A stretch of DNA of 64,000 nucleotides from Gammaproteobacteria bacterium (GCA_965222615.1 CBDCUI010000008.1:768001-832000), one strand, 5' to 3'; shown: positions 55,093 through 63,787, numbered from the stretch's first letter. The notes: generated by a model not told the origin, from the sequence alone. Numbers and translations: made by a program.

Positions 55093-55280
55093 TATAAACA
55101 AAATGTTTATATGTAATTTCATGGCTAAAAGCTTGTTATAGATAAACAATTTGTTTATAAACAATTCATAACTTACACAAACATATTGACTAGTCTGATT
55201 GCGATGATATAGTTATATTATTTACAAAACAATAATAAATAATTGGTACATGGGCATAGATTATAAACAATATGTTTATA
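55093..55280. promoter_or_regulatory. Three palindromic operator candidates ATAAACA-N3-TGTTTAT
   Basis: Copies at 55093-55111, 55141-55159, 55262-55280. Confidence 0.7.
55186..55213 (+). promoter_or_regulatory. Putative sigma70 promoter of the transporter/DMFase operon
   Basis: TTGACT-16 bp-TATAGT with extended -10 TG. Confidence 0.5.
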
Positions 55281-55458
55281 GTAAGTTTCCATTAATACAA
55301 TTTCATGATTGTTCCTGTTCACTAAATGCTGGATAGATGTTTAAACAAAACTCCCTGGACCGGTAAATACCACAAGTATGTAGACGTTCTATTGATAGGT
55401 AATTGACTATTCAAACTAATTAGGTTCAAGAAATGTTTGCACTTACGAGGAGAGAAAA

Positions 55459-56826
55459 ATGACTGATAAGAAAAAAAATGGCTTTGATGAAAATAAAGAA
55501 ATGAATAAAAACCAAAATACAAGACGTAATATTTTAAAAGGAGCAGCAGCTGTAGCAGCAGTATCTTCTCTTCCAGCACCCTGGGTAAGGCGAGTTAATG
55601 CATCTGATAAAATCCTTTTAGGGGTTCCTTCGTCATTATCTACACCATACGGTGTTGCAGATGACCAAGATCACCTCAATGGGACTATTCTTGCACAGGA
55701 AGAAATTAATGCTGCAGGAGGGATCCAAGGTAGAGAATTAGAGCTATTTGTACCTGATGTAGATAAATTAAACCCTGAGAGTTGTAGACAGACAATCGCG
55801 GCATGTATTGATAAGAAAGTACATGCGATATCTAATGCATTTTTATTTGCACCCATACCTGCTATGGACGAATCTGCGAAATATAAGTGCCCATACTTAC
55901 AAGGAAATACACAGCGTAATGCTACGGATGCATTCAAAGCTGAGCCAGAAAAATACAGTCATATTTTCCAAACGGATCCCTCTGAAGTTAATTATGGATG
56001 GACATACCCACTCTGGTTGACTCATATGGAAAAAGAGCAGGGATGGAAGCCAAAAAACCGAAGGATTCATATTGTTGCGGAACAAGTTGGCTATAATCAA
56101 ACTATCTTAGCCGCTGCAAAAGAATCTATTCCAAAATATGATTTTGAATTAGCTGAAGTAACGGATATTCAATATCCAGTGAATGATTGGGCGCCAGTCA
56201 TACAAAGACTAAAAGAAGTAGATGCTGGTGCAATTATGATTGATCACTGGGTGGCTTCTGAATATGCCGCATTTTGTAAACAATTTGTGGCAGATCCTGT
56301 GAAAGATTCGATTGTGTATCTTCAATACGGCCCTTCACAGCCTGAGTTTTTAGAACTTGGTGGCCGTGCTACAGAAGGATTTTGTTGGAGTACAGTTCTT
56401 GGAATTTATGGTGACAAACTAGGCCAAGACTTTAGAGCAAAGTATTTAAAACGTTTTCCTGAGTTTGGTGATACAAAACGCAATACCATGGGCCTTGTGT
56501 ATACGGGCAATGGTTACGACATTGTCAAGTATCTCGAAAAAGCTTGGAATGCTACAAAAGCGCTCGATACAACTCCGGAAGATTTCAAGAAAGTTTGTGA
56601 TTGGGTAAGAGCAAATCCTGATCGTGGTGTATGCGGCATGATGGACATGAACAATGAATATCAAGAAGCGCTGCACTATCCAGATAACGGATTTAATCTG
56701 CAAGCAGATTCCCACGAAACCGGTATGAGTCAACTGTATGTGCAAGTGCAAGATGTTCAGCATAAGATCATTTGGCCGGATGCAATCGCTGAGACTAAAT
56801 TACAACCTTCACCATGGTGGGGTTAA
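55459..56826 (+). CDS. Tat-exported ABC substrate-binding protein (Liv/HAAT type)
   Basis: TRRNILKGAAAVAA twin-arginine signal; LAQEEINAAGGIQGRELE. Confidence 0.88.
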   Translation: MTDKKKNGFDENKEMNKNQNTRRNILKGAAAVAAVSSLPAPWVRRVNASDKILLGVPSSLSTPYGVADDQDHLNGTILAQEEINAAGGIQGRELELFVPDVDKLNPESCRQTIAACIDKKVHAISNAFLFAPIPAMDESAKYKCPYLQGNTQRNATDAFKAEPEKYSHIFQTDPSEVNYGWTYPLWLTHMEKEQGWKPKNRRIHIVAEQVGYNQTILAAAKESIPKYDFELAEVTDIQYPVNDWAPVIQRLKEVDAGAIMIDHWVASEYAAFCKQFVADPVKDSIVYLQYGPSQPEFLELGGRATEGFCWSTVLGIYGDKLGQDFRAKYLKRFPEFGDTKRNTMGLVYTGNGYDIVKYLEKAWNATKALDTTPEDFKKVCDWVRANPDRGVCGMMDMNNEYQEALHYPDNGFNLQADSHETGMSQLYVQVQDVQHKIIWPDAIAETKLQPSPWWG

Positions 56827-56853
56827 TCTAAAGCAACGCTGGGGGTAGACATC

Positions 56854-57585
56854 ATGGATGATCATTCATCTGCCCCACTATTTTCATGTGAAAATTTGTC
56901 ACTCGATTTAGGTGGCAGAGAAATTCTACGTGATATTGATTTGGAAATATGTCCAGGTGAAGTACTGGGTATTATTGGGCCCAATGGTGCCGGGAAAACT
57001 AGTTTACTTGAAATTCTTTCAGGCCGTTACACGCCTAAAACTGGAAATGTTTTTTTCAAAGGAAAAAACATCACAAATTTACATTTGTATCAACGTGCAA
57101 GAATTGGAATTGGTAGAACATATCAAACTCCTGTTGTACCGGAAGACTTAACTGTTGGTGAGACTTTTAAAGCTGCACGACAAGCTTACAAACCTTATTT
57201 AACACGTTTTGATGCAGAGTATGCCGCTGATCTGGTCGACTTTGTTGTTGATCATGACGTTTTAAACACTCAGCTTAAAACCTTTAACCGGCGCAAATTA
57301 TTACTCGCCAATATTCTAATGAAAAAACCTGAGTTGCTATTGATGGATGAACCCGCTGCGGGCCTGATAAATTCCGAAATAGATGAGATTGACGAAATAC
57401 TTAGAATGTTATCTAAAGAAATGAATATCGCAGTAATGATTGTAGAACATAGGATTGAATTGCTGGATACGATTGCAGATAGAGTGATTGTAATGGATGC
57501 AGGTGAAATCATTGCAAGAGGTTATCTCAACGAAATAATAAATAGTCCTGCAGTTCGCGCTGCGTATTTTGAAACGGTTACTTAA
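56854..57585 (+). CDS. ABC ATPase (LivG-like)
   Basis: GPNGAGKTS, GRTYQ, LMDEPAAG, VEH; degenerate signature motif. Confidence 0.9.
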   Translation: MDDHSSAPLFSCENLSLDLGGREILRDIDLEICPGEVLGIIGPNGAGKTSLLEILSGRYTPKTGNVFFKGKNITNLHLYQRARIGIGRTYQTPVVPEDLTVGETFKAARQAYKPYLTRFDAEYAADLVDFVVDHDVLNTQLKTFNRRKLLLANILMKKPELLLMDEPAAGLINSEIDEIDEILRMLSKEMNIAVMIVEHRIELLDTIADRVIVMDAGEIIARGYLNEIINSPAVRAAYFETVT

Positions 57586-57599
57586 TAACTTAATCATCT

Positions 57600-58307
57600 A
57601 TGAGTGAAATTTTAAATGTAAAAGGACTTTCTGCTGGATATGGACCCTTACGGGTAATTCATGATTTAGATTTAATCGTTAACTCAGGTGAGTGCATTGG
57701 ATTGGTTGGATTAAATGGCCATGGGAAAACAACATTATTTTATGCCGTTGCAGGTTTAACAGGATGGCAGCGTGGCTCAATTATATTTAATGGCAAACAA
57801 ATTGGGCGTACACGTAGTCAAGGGCCAGGTCGCTATACACATCTAATTGTTAGACAGGGCCTTGCCATTATGCCGCAAGGTGACGAGATATTTCACGGCT
57901 TAACTGTTGAAGAGCATCTCGATAGTGGTGCATTTACTAAAGAGGCATGGAAGACACGCAAGCAAAGGAAAGAGCAAGTACTAGATTTGTTTGAGCCTTT
58001 AAAAAATTTACTGAAAACTCCAGTAGCACGTTTATCGGGTGGGGAGCGAAGGATGGTTTCTATCGGGCGTGGACTGATGACAGATGCAAAACTTTATCTT
58101 GCCGATGAACCATCTTTGGGTTTAGCGCCGAAAATTGGAATCGGTGTAATGGAAGCATTATTAAAAATTGAATTAAGTGGATCTGCAATGATTATTGCGG
58201 AACAAAATGTAGCCCTATTAGAAGGAAAAGTCGATCGTGTAATCGGGATGCACGCAGGTAAATTAAAAGGTGAAGCCTCTTCCGCTTTATCAATGCATTT
58301 AAATTGA
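57600..58307 (+). CDS. ABC ATPase (LivF-like)
   Basis: GLNGHGKTT, LSGGERRM, DEPSLGLAP, EQN. Confidence 0.9.
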   Translation: MSEILNVKGLSAGYGPLRVIHDLDLIVNSGECIGLVGLNGHGKTTLFYAVAGLTGWQRGSIIFNGKQIGRTRSQGPGRYTHLIVRQGLAIMPQGDEIFHGLTVEEHLDSGAFTKEAWKTRKQRKEQVLDLFEPLKNLLKTPVARLSGGERRMVSIGRGLMTDAKLYLADEPSLGLAPKIGIGVMEALLKIELSGSAMIIAEQNVALLEGKVDRVIGMHAGKLKGEASSALSMHLN

Positions 58308-58316
58308 AAAGGACTG

Positions 58317-59201
58317 TTGTTGGATATTGACTTTATTATTATTAATGCAGTTGTAGTGGCATGTATCTACGGCCTTGTTGCAGTAGCTGTATCGATAACT
58401 TGGTCAAGTTTAGGATTATTAAATCTGGGTTACGGTTTTATATTTTCCTTTGCTGGATACGGTGCATACCTCATGTCGCGTATGATATGGGATCATCCAG
58501 TAGCGGTGCTAATTGCTGGTGTGCTGGTAGGTGCGCTAGGTGGAATTCTAATTTGTGCATTAGTCTTTATTCCACTGCACGATAAACCAAACTTTACGAT
58601 CAGAGGCATGGTAGGGACACTTGCGATTAGCTTAATTGGGTCGCAGTGTTTGCTTTGGTATTTTGGCCCTAAAAACAAAGCACTTCCTGAAATATTTGGT
58701 TATTGGAAAGTCTCTATTGGAGGTACAGTTTTAACGTCTGACAAAATTGGAATTGTCGTCTGTTCTATTTTAATGCTGATTTTTGTAGTGCGTTGGATGA
58801 AATCAAGTCGGCGTGGTCTAGAAATTAGAGCCATGATGATGAATCCACATGCTGCATCTATTGTTGGAATTGGGATAAGAAGAACAGGTTTTTATGTCAT
58901 GGCTATCACTGGTGCCATGGCAGGACTTTCCTCGGTATTACTTTCACAAACTTATTACATAGCACCTTTCAGTGGTCTTACCCCATTAATCAAAGGAGTG
59001 AGCATTGCCTTGATGGGGGGTTTAGGCAGTGTACAAGGCGCAGTAATTGCGGCAATTATTTTAGGTATTACAGAAGCTTTTACTTCAAGATTACTAGGAG
59101 GTCAGTATGTATTGATTACTCAGTTTTTAGTAATCATCACGGTTTTAATTATTAGGCCTAGAGGAATCGCCGGTATATTAGATAAAGCACGTGAACAATG
59201 A
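58317..59201 (+). CDS. ABC permease (LivH-like)
   Basis: Multi-TM; GLEIRA, GGLGSVQGA, RPRGI. Confidence 0.9.
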   Translation: MLDIDFIIINAVVVACIYGLVAVAVSITWSSLGLLNLGYGFIFSFAGYGAYLMSRMIWDHPVAVLIAGVLVGALGGILICALVFIPLHDKPNFTIRGMVGTLAISLIGSQCLLWYFGPKNKALPEIFGYWKVSIGGTVLTSDKIGIVVCSILMLIFVVRWMKSSRRGLEIRAMMMNPHAASIVGIGIRRTGFYVMAITGAMAGLSSVLLSQTYYIAPFSGLTPLIKGVSIALMGGLGSVQGAVIAAIILGITEAFTSRLLGGQYVLITQFLVIITVLIIRPRGIAGILDKAREQ

Positions 59202-60853
59202 GCACCGCACCCGATAAACAATATACGTGGAAAAATCCGTTAGCGATTTGGGGCGCAAAGGGCGGTAATTATGAAGTCCCAACGATTCGTGTAACGGATC
59301 CAAAATCAATTTGGGAACAAAATACAGAGTATAAAGTTCCTCTATATAAAGTTGGTAGATTTAAATATATCCACAAATGGAAAAATCATGGTGGCCGTTT
59401 ATGGGAAAGATTACGGTGGTGGCCAACACGCAGAACCTTGCTACTGATTCGTGGTTACTACAATAAAAAATCTCTTAAAGCACAAAAATTAATTGTAGAT
59501 AAAAGGCCTATCTATTGGGCAATTTGTTTATTAGCTTTAGCAGTTGCCCCATTTTTTCTACCTGAAGGAGTTCAGAACACTTTATTAACTGCAGGGGCTA
59601 TTTTTGGAATATATGCTGCAATTAATATATGTTGGACTCTTGTTATTGGGACAGCCAGTATTTTCTCACTTGCTACCTATGCGATAGTGGGAGTAGCGGC
59701 ATTTTGTACTTCGTGGCTCTCGATTAAGTTAGGTTATCCTTGGTGGTCGTTGCCTTTAATTGGTATGGCGATTGGGTTTATTTTTGGCGGAATTATTGCA
59801 CTTCCTGCAATGCGTTTGGATGGGTTTTATTATGCACTACTAACCTTGGGCCTAAATGAGCTTTGTAGAGTATATGTAGTCACGTCTAAAGAATTTGGGT
59901 CTGCATCGGGAGGATTGTACGGCGCCTCATCTTATATTAATTCTGATTGGTCACCTCTTACACAATCTTTAGTTTCTTATTACGGTGCTTTTGCGTTGCT
60001 TATTGCGTCACTATTCCTGTTTAGGTTTATAGATGGAAAACGAATTGGAAGATTATTAAAAATGGCGCCTGAGAAAAGAGAAGCGTTTGCAGAGGCAACC
60101 GGAGTGAATTATAAGAATGCAAGAATAACTGTATTCTTAATTTCTTCAGTCGCTTTAGGATTTATTGGTGGTTTTTATACCGCGCACTATCGCGGTGTGG
60201 CATTTTCAATTTTCAGTTTTGACACCGTATTGCTGGGCCTGGCAATGCTTACTATTGGAGGCATTGGTAGAGCTGAAGGTGCAGTAGCAGGAACTTTGAT
60301 TGTCGTATTTTTAGATAAAGTTTTGATCACACTAGGTCCAATACGTCACATTATGATTGGGTTATTGATGTTATTTGTTGTTTTATTTTTGAACAGAGGC
60401 TTGTTCGGCATGAAAAAACAATTTCGTGCCTGGAGAGATAAAAAGAAAGGCGAATGGCGATCCAGTCGCACTGAAAAAGGTGGTGAAGCATTACCTGAAG
60501 AAGCTACTGAAATTCATGACAAAGATGTTTTATACCATCGGCGTTTTGACAAAATGCAACGAGATTATCTGAAGACACTAGTTTGTGATGAAGTGATTGA
60601 AGAACACAAAAATAAACCATTGGGACAACACAGTGAAGCACTTGAAAGACTATTGTTGTATTTTCGTCGTGTTCCACAAATTGATAAGTATGCAATTAAA
60701 CGAGATGAATACTCGAATACTTTTAAAATTGTTGCTTTTTCTGGTCATAGAGGCACATCACCACGATTAGTTGAAGATAAAGAGTATAAAACAGTAGAAG
60801 AAGCTTATCATGGAGTATTTTTAAGACGTGTTTATGATTTGCTTGAATCATAA
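59198..60853 (+). CDS. ABC permease (LivM-like) with C-terminal DMFase small-subunit-like domain
   Basis: RLDGFYYALLTL, GGIGRAEGA core; last 111 aa align without gaps to 60875-61234. Confidence 0.9.
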   Translation: MSTAPDKQYTWKNPLAIWGAKGGNYEVPTIRVTDPKSIWEQNTEYKVPLYKVGRFKYIHKWKNHGGRLWERLRWWPTRRTLLLIRGYYNKKSLKAQKLIVDKRPIYWAICLLALAVAPFFLPEGVQNTLLTAGAIFGIYAAINICWTLVIGTASIFSLATYAIVGVAAFCTSWLSIKLGYPWWSLPLIGMAIGFIFGGIIALPAMRLDGFYYALLTLGLNELCRVYVVTSKEFGSASGGLYGASSYINSDWSPLTQSLVSYYGAFALLIASLFLFRFIDGKRIGRLLKMAPEKREAFAEATGVNYKNARITVFLISSVALGFIGGFYTAHYRGVAFSIFSFDTVLLGLAMLTIGGIGRAEGAVAGTLIVVFLDKVLITLGPIRHIMIGLLMLFVVLFLNRGLFGMKKQFRAWRDKKKGEWRSSRTEKGGEALPEEATEIHDKDVLYHRRFDKMQRDYLKTLVCDEVIEEHKNKPLGQHSEALERLLLYFRRVPQIDKYAIKRDEYSNTFKIVAFSGHRGTSPRLVEDKEYKTVEEAYHGVFLRRVYDLLES

Positions 60854-60874
60854 GAGTAATTTTGTATTTAGAAA

Positions 60875-61234
60875 ATGGACACTAAAAACAAAATAGAAAA
60901 TAAAGATCTAATATATCGCCAGTACTATGACAAGATGCAAGGTGATTATTTGAAGACGCTTATTTGTGATGAAATTATTGAAGAGTATAAAAATAACCCC
61001 TTGGGCCAACACAGTGAGCCACTTTCTAGATTATTACATTTTTTTAGTAGTGCTCCACAAAAAGATAAATATGCACTCAAGTATGATGAACACAATCACA
61101 CATATAAAATAATTGCATTGTCAGGTAAAAGAGGTGAGACTCCGCAATATGTTGAAGATAAAGAATATAAAAAGTTAGAAGATGCATATCACGGAGTATT
61201 CTTAAGACGTATTAATGACTTAATGAATTCATAA
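60875..61234 (+). CDS. N,N-dimethylformamidase small subunit (DmfA1-like)
   Basis: EIIEEYKNNPLG..L.RLLHFF and EDAYHGVFLRRINDL resemble recalled Paracoccus DmfA1 segments; directly upstream of the large subunit. Confidence 0.8.
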   Translation: MDTKNKIENKDLIYRQYYDKMQGDYLKTLICDEIIEEYKNNPLGQHSEPLSRLLHFFSSAPQKDKYALKYDEHNHTYKIIALSGKRGETPQYVEDKEYKKLEDAYHGVFLRRINDLMNS

Positions 61235-61263
61235 TTACTGCTTAAAAACTTTGGAATAATGAA

Positions 61264-63585
61264 ATGGCAGAAGTAAAAATATTTGGATATACAAATAAAA
61301 TTTCAGTTAAACAAGGTGAAAGTATTAATTTTCACGTAAGTGCAGATGGTATTAATACAGCAAGTGCACAGCTTGTGCGGCTCATTCATGGTGATCAGCA
61401 TCCAGATGGGCCTGGATTTGTAGAAAAGGAAATCGATTGTCTATTAAATGGAGAATGGGAAGTTAAAAAGCAGTTTACTCAATTAGGATCTTATTTGGTT
61501 GTTGATGATGTCAGTCAAAAGTTAAATATAGACGGGAGTTTTACATTGTTCTGCTATATCTGGCCTAGCATTCCAAAAAAGGGTTTACGTCAAACTCTAT
61601 TAGGTAAATGGGATGCAAGAACTAATGAAGGTTATGGAATTGGAATTAGTCCTGAAGGGCATCTCGAATTTTGGGTGGGTGACGGCAAAGAAATAGATTA
61701 TCTAGCTTCTGAATTACCACTAGTAGATAAAGTTTGGTATTTCGTTGGTGCAAGTTTTGATCATCACACTAAAGTTGCAACATTATATCAAGAAGGAGTT
61801 TTAAATAGATATAACTCATTAATTGGGAAAGTCGCACCATATGACTTTCGCTCGCACATGCAAACCACTTTTAGGTTTAAGCAAAAAAACCGAGAGGATG
61901 TACCTTTTATGATAGCCGGTGCTCTGGATTTTCATGAGTTAAGAGGCAATTTTGTTAATGACACTTATTTTGGGAAGATCGATTGCCCGGGAATTTGTAA
62001 CCGCTCTTTATCGCGAAAAGAAATGGATGACATCTGTTCTGGAGAGCTCCCTCCGCAAGGTTCCATTTTAGCTTATTGGGATACCGCAGAAGGATATACA
62101 GAAAACGGAATTGGAAATACTGTTGTTGATATTGGTCCACATGGATTAAATGCCAATGGTGTAAATCATCCTATACGTTGCTTAACCGGGTGGAATTGGT
62201 CAGGGAAAAATGATTGCTTCAGGCTAGCACCAGAAGAATATGGAGGAATTGAATTTCATCCAGAATCAATAACAGATTGTAATTGGGAAGTTACCAAATC
62301 TATGCAAATTCCGGCAGATTTAAAAAGTGGCGTTTATGCAATGCGTTTGACTGCGGGTACTGGCGTAGGTTTAGCAGAAGAGCATGTAGTATTTTTTGTG
62401 CGTCCCTCACAGCCTACATGCAAGCTTTGTTTTCTTGTTCCTACAGCAAGTTATTTAGCCTATGCAAATGAAAAGTTAAGTTTTGATGCACAAATTATTC
62501 AGCCCATGACTGGACAGCCTCCCGTAATTACAGATGTTGATATAGAGATTTACAAGCATCGCGAATTTGGCTTGTCAACTTATGATAGTTACGAAGACGG
62601 TGCAGGTGTTTCATTTAGCTCTTATAAAAGGCCAATTGTAAACATGCGACCGAAATATCGTATATCAAGTATGAATATACCCTGGCAGCTTCCTGCTGAT
62701 CTTTCTATTATTGGTTGGTTAGAAGCGTGTAATTATGAATATGATGTTATAACTGATGAAGACTTACATCGTGAAGGTTTAAGTGCTATTCAACCTTATA
62801 ACTGTCTTATTACCGGCACTCACCCTGAATATGTATCTGAAAAAATGCTCGATGCACAAGAAGACTTCGTCGCACAAGGAGGCAGGCTTATTTACACAGG
62901 CGGTAATGGCTATTACTGGTGTGTAGGTTTTTATGATGATGAACCGTGGTGTATGGAAGTTCGCAAATTAGATTCTGGAATGCGTGCGTGGGCTGCTAAA
63001 GCAGGCGAACACTATCTACAAACTACAGGTGAGAAAAGTGGCTTATGGAGAAATCGAGGACGTGCACCACAAAAGTTAACCGGTGTTGGATTTATAGCTG
63101 AAGGATTTGAAACTTGTGCACCTTTTCGCAAAATGCCTGATAGCTATCATCGCACAGTATCTTGGATTTCAGAAGGAATAGAGGGAGAAATAATTGGTAA
63201 TGAAGGTTTAGCTTATGGTGGTGCTGCTGGGATTGAACTTGATCGCTATGATCTTTCATTGGGCACACCCCCTCACACTAAAATCATTGCGTCATCTGGT
63301 GGTCATAGTGATAACTATGTGCTAGTAACCGAAGAGCTTCTTTATGCCTACGCCGGATTGATAGGTAGTTTGGATTATCGAATACGTGCGGACATGACTT
63401 ACTTTACTGCACCAAATAATGGTGCAGTGTTTAGCACTGGTTCTATAGCATTTGGTTCAGCTTTACCCGTAAATAATTACAACAATAATGCTTCAACATT
63501 ATTTAAAACTATTGTAGATAATTTTATTAAAGATGGGAAACTCCCAGGAGCTAGTTGGACACTTGAGGAGAAACAGTGGAGATAA
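61264..63585 (+). CDS. N,N-dimethylformamidase large subunit family (DmfA2-like)
   Basis: LVRLIHGD-HPDGPG, LamG-like domain, SYLAYANE, GLSTYD, TGTHPEY, ELDRYDLSLGTPP, RADMTYF. Confidence 0.92.
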   Translation: MAEVKIFGYTNKISVKQGESINFHVSADGINTASAQLVRLIHGDQHPDGPGFVEKEIDCLLNGEWEVKKQFTQLGSYLVVDDVSQKLNIDGSFTLFCYIWPSIPKKGLRQTLLGKWDARTNEGYGIGISPEGHLEFWVGDGKEIDYLASELPLVDKVWYFVGASFDHHTKVATLYQEGVLNRYNSLIGKVAPYDFRSHMQTTFRFKQKNREDVPFMIAGALDFHELRGNFVNDTYFGKIDCPGICNRSLSRKEMDDICSGELPPQGSILAYWDTAEGYTENGIGNTVVDIGPHGLNANGVNHPIRCLTGWNWSGKNDCFRLAPEEYGGIEFHPESITDCNWEVTKSMQIPADLKSGVYAMRLTAGTGVGLAEEHVVFFVRPSQPTCKLCFLVPTASYLAYANEKLSFDAQIIQPMTGQPPVITDVDIEIYKHREFGLSTYDSYEDGAGVSFSSYKRPIVNMRPKYRISSMNIPWQLPADLSIIGWLEACNYEYDVITDEDLHREGLSAIQPYNCLITGTHPEYVSEKMLDAQEDFVAQGGRLIYTGGNGYYWCVGFYDDEPWCMEVRKLDSGMRAWAAKAGEHYLQTTGEKSGLWRNRGRAPQKLTGVGFIAEGFETCAPFRKMPDSYHRTVSWISEGIEGEIIGNEGLAYGGAAGIELDRYDLSLGTPPHTKIIASSGGHSDNYVLVTEELLYAYAGLIGSLDYRIRADMTYFTAPNNGAVFSTGSIAFGSALPVNNYNNNASTLFKTIVDNFIKDGKLPGASWTLEEKQWR

Positions 63586-63632
63586 ATTAGATTTACAAAC
63601 ATATTCAAATGAAATTTAAACTACATAGAGGT

Positions 63633-63676
63633 TTTTGACCCAATAGTCATAGGTTCGAATTCTATACAACCCACCA
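63633..63676 (+). repeat. Degenerate tRNA-Lys 3' fragment (attR-like direct repeat)
   Basis: TTTTGACCCAATAGTCATAGGTTCGAATTCTATACAACCCACCA vs 50077-50120: 37/44 identical by hand count. Confidence 0.8.
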
Positions 63677-63787
63677 CACGTGTGGTGGGTATTATGCGCA
63701 AATTATATAGTCGCGTTAGCTACACATGTTATTCATTTATGGTGTGCGACCACCGCACGCAAATTAATAATGACACAGTTATTCCTA

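Larger units (their letters stand above)
50121..63676. mobile_element. Putative genomic island at tRNA-Lys (no integrase seen)
   Basis: Bounded by the tRNA and a 37/44-identical direct repeat of its 3' end; accessory gene content. Confidence 0.65.

Noticed and set aside
63633-63676. Second functional tRNA gene
   Set aside because: 5' half (acceptor strand, D arm) is absent; treated as an att-like fragment
63689-63704. dif-like site (reverse complement contains TGCGCATAAT, like the XerC arm)
   Set aside because: No XerD arm at 6-bp spacing; half-site similarity only
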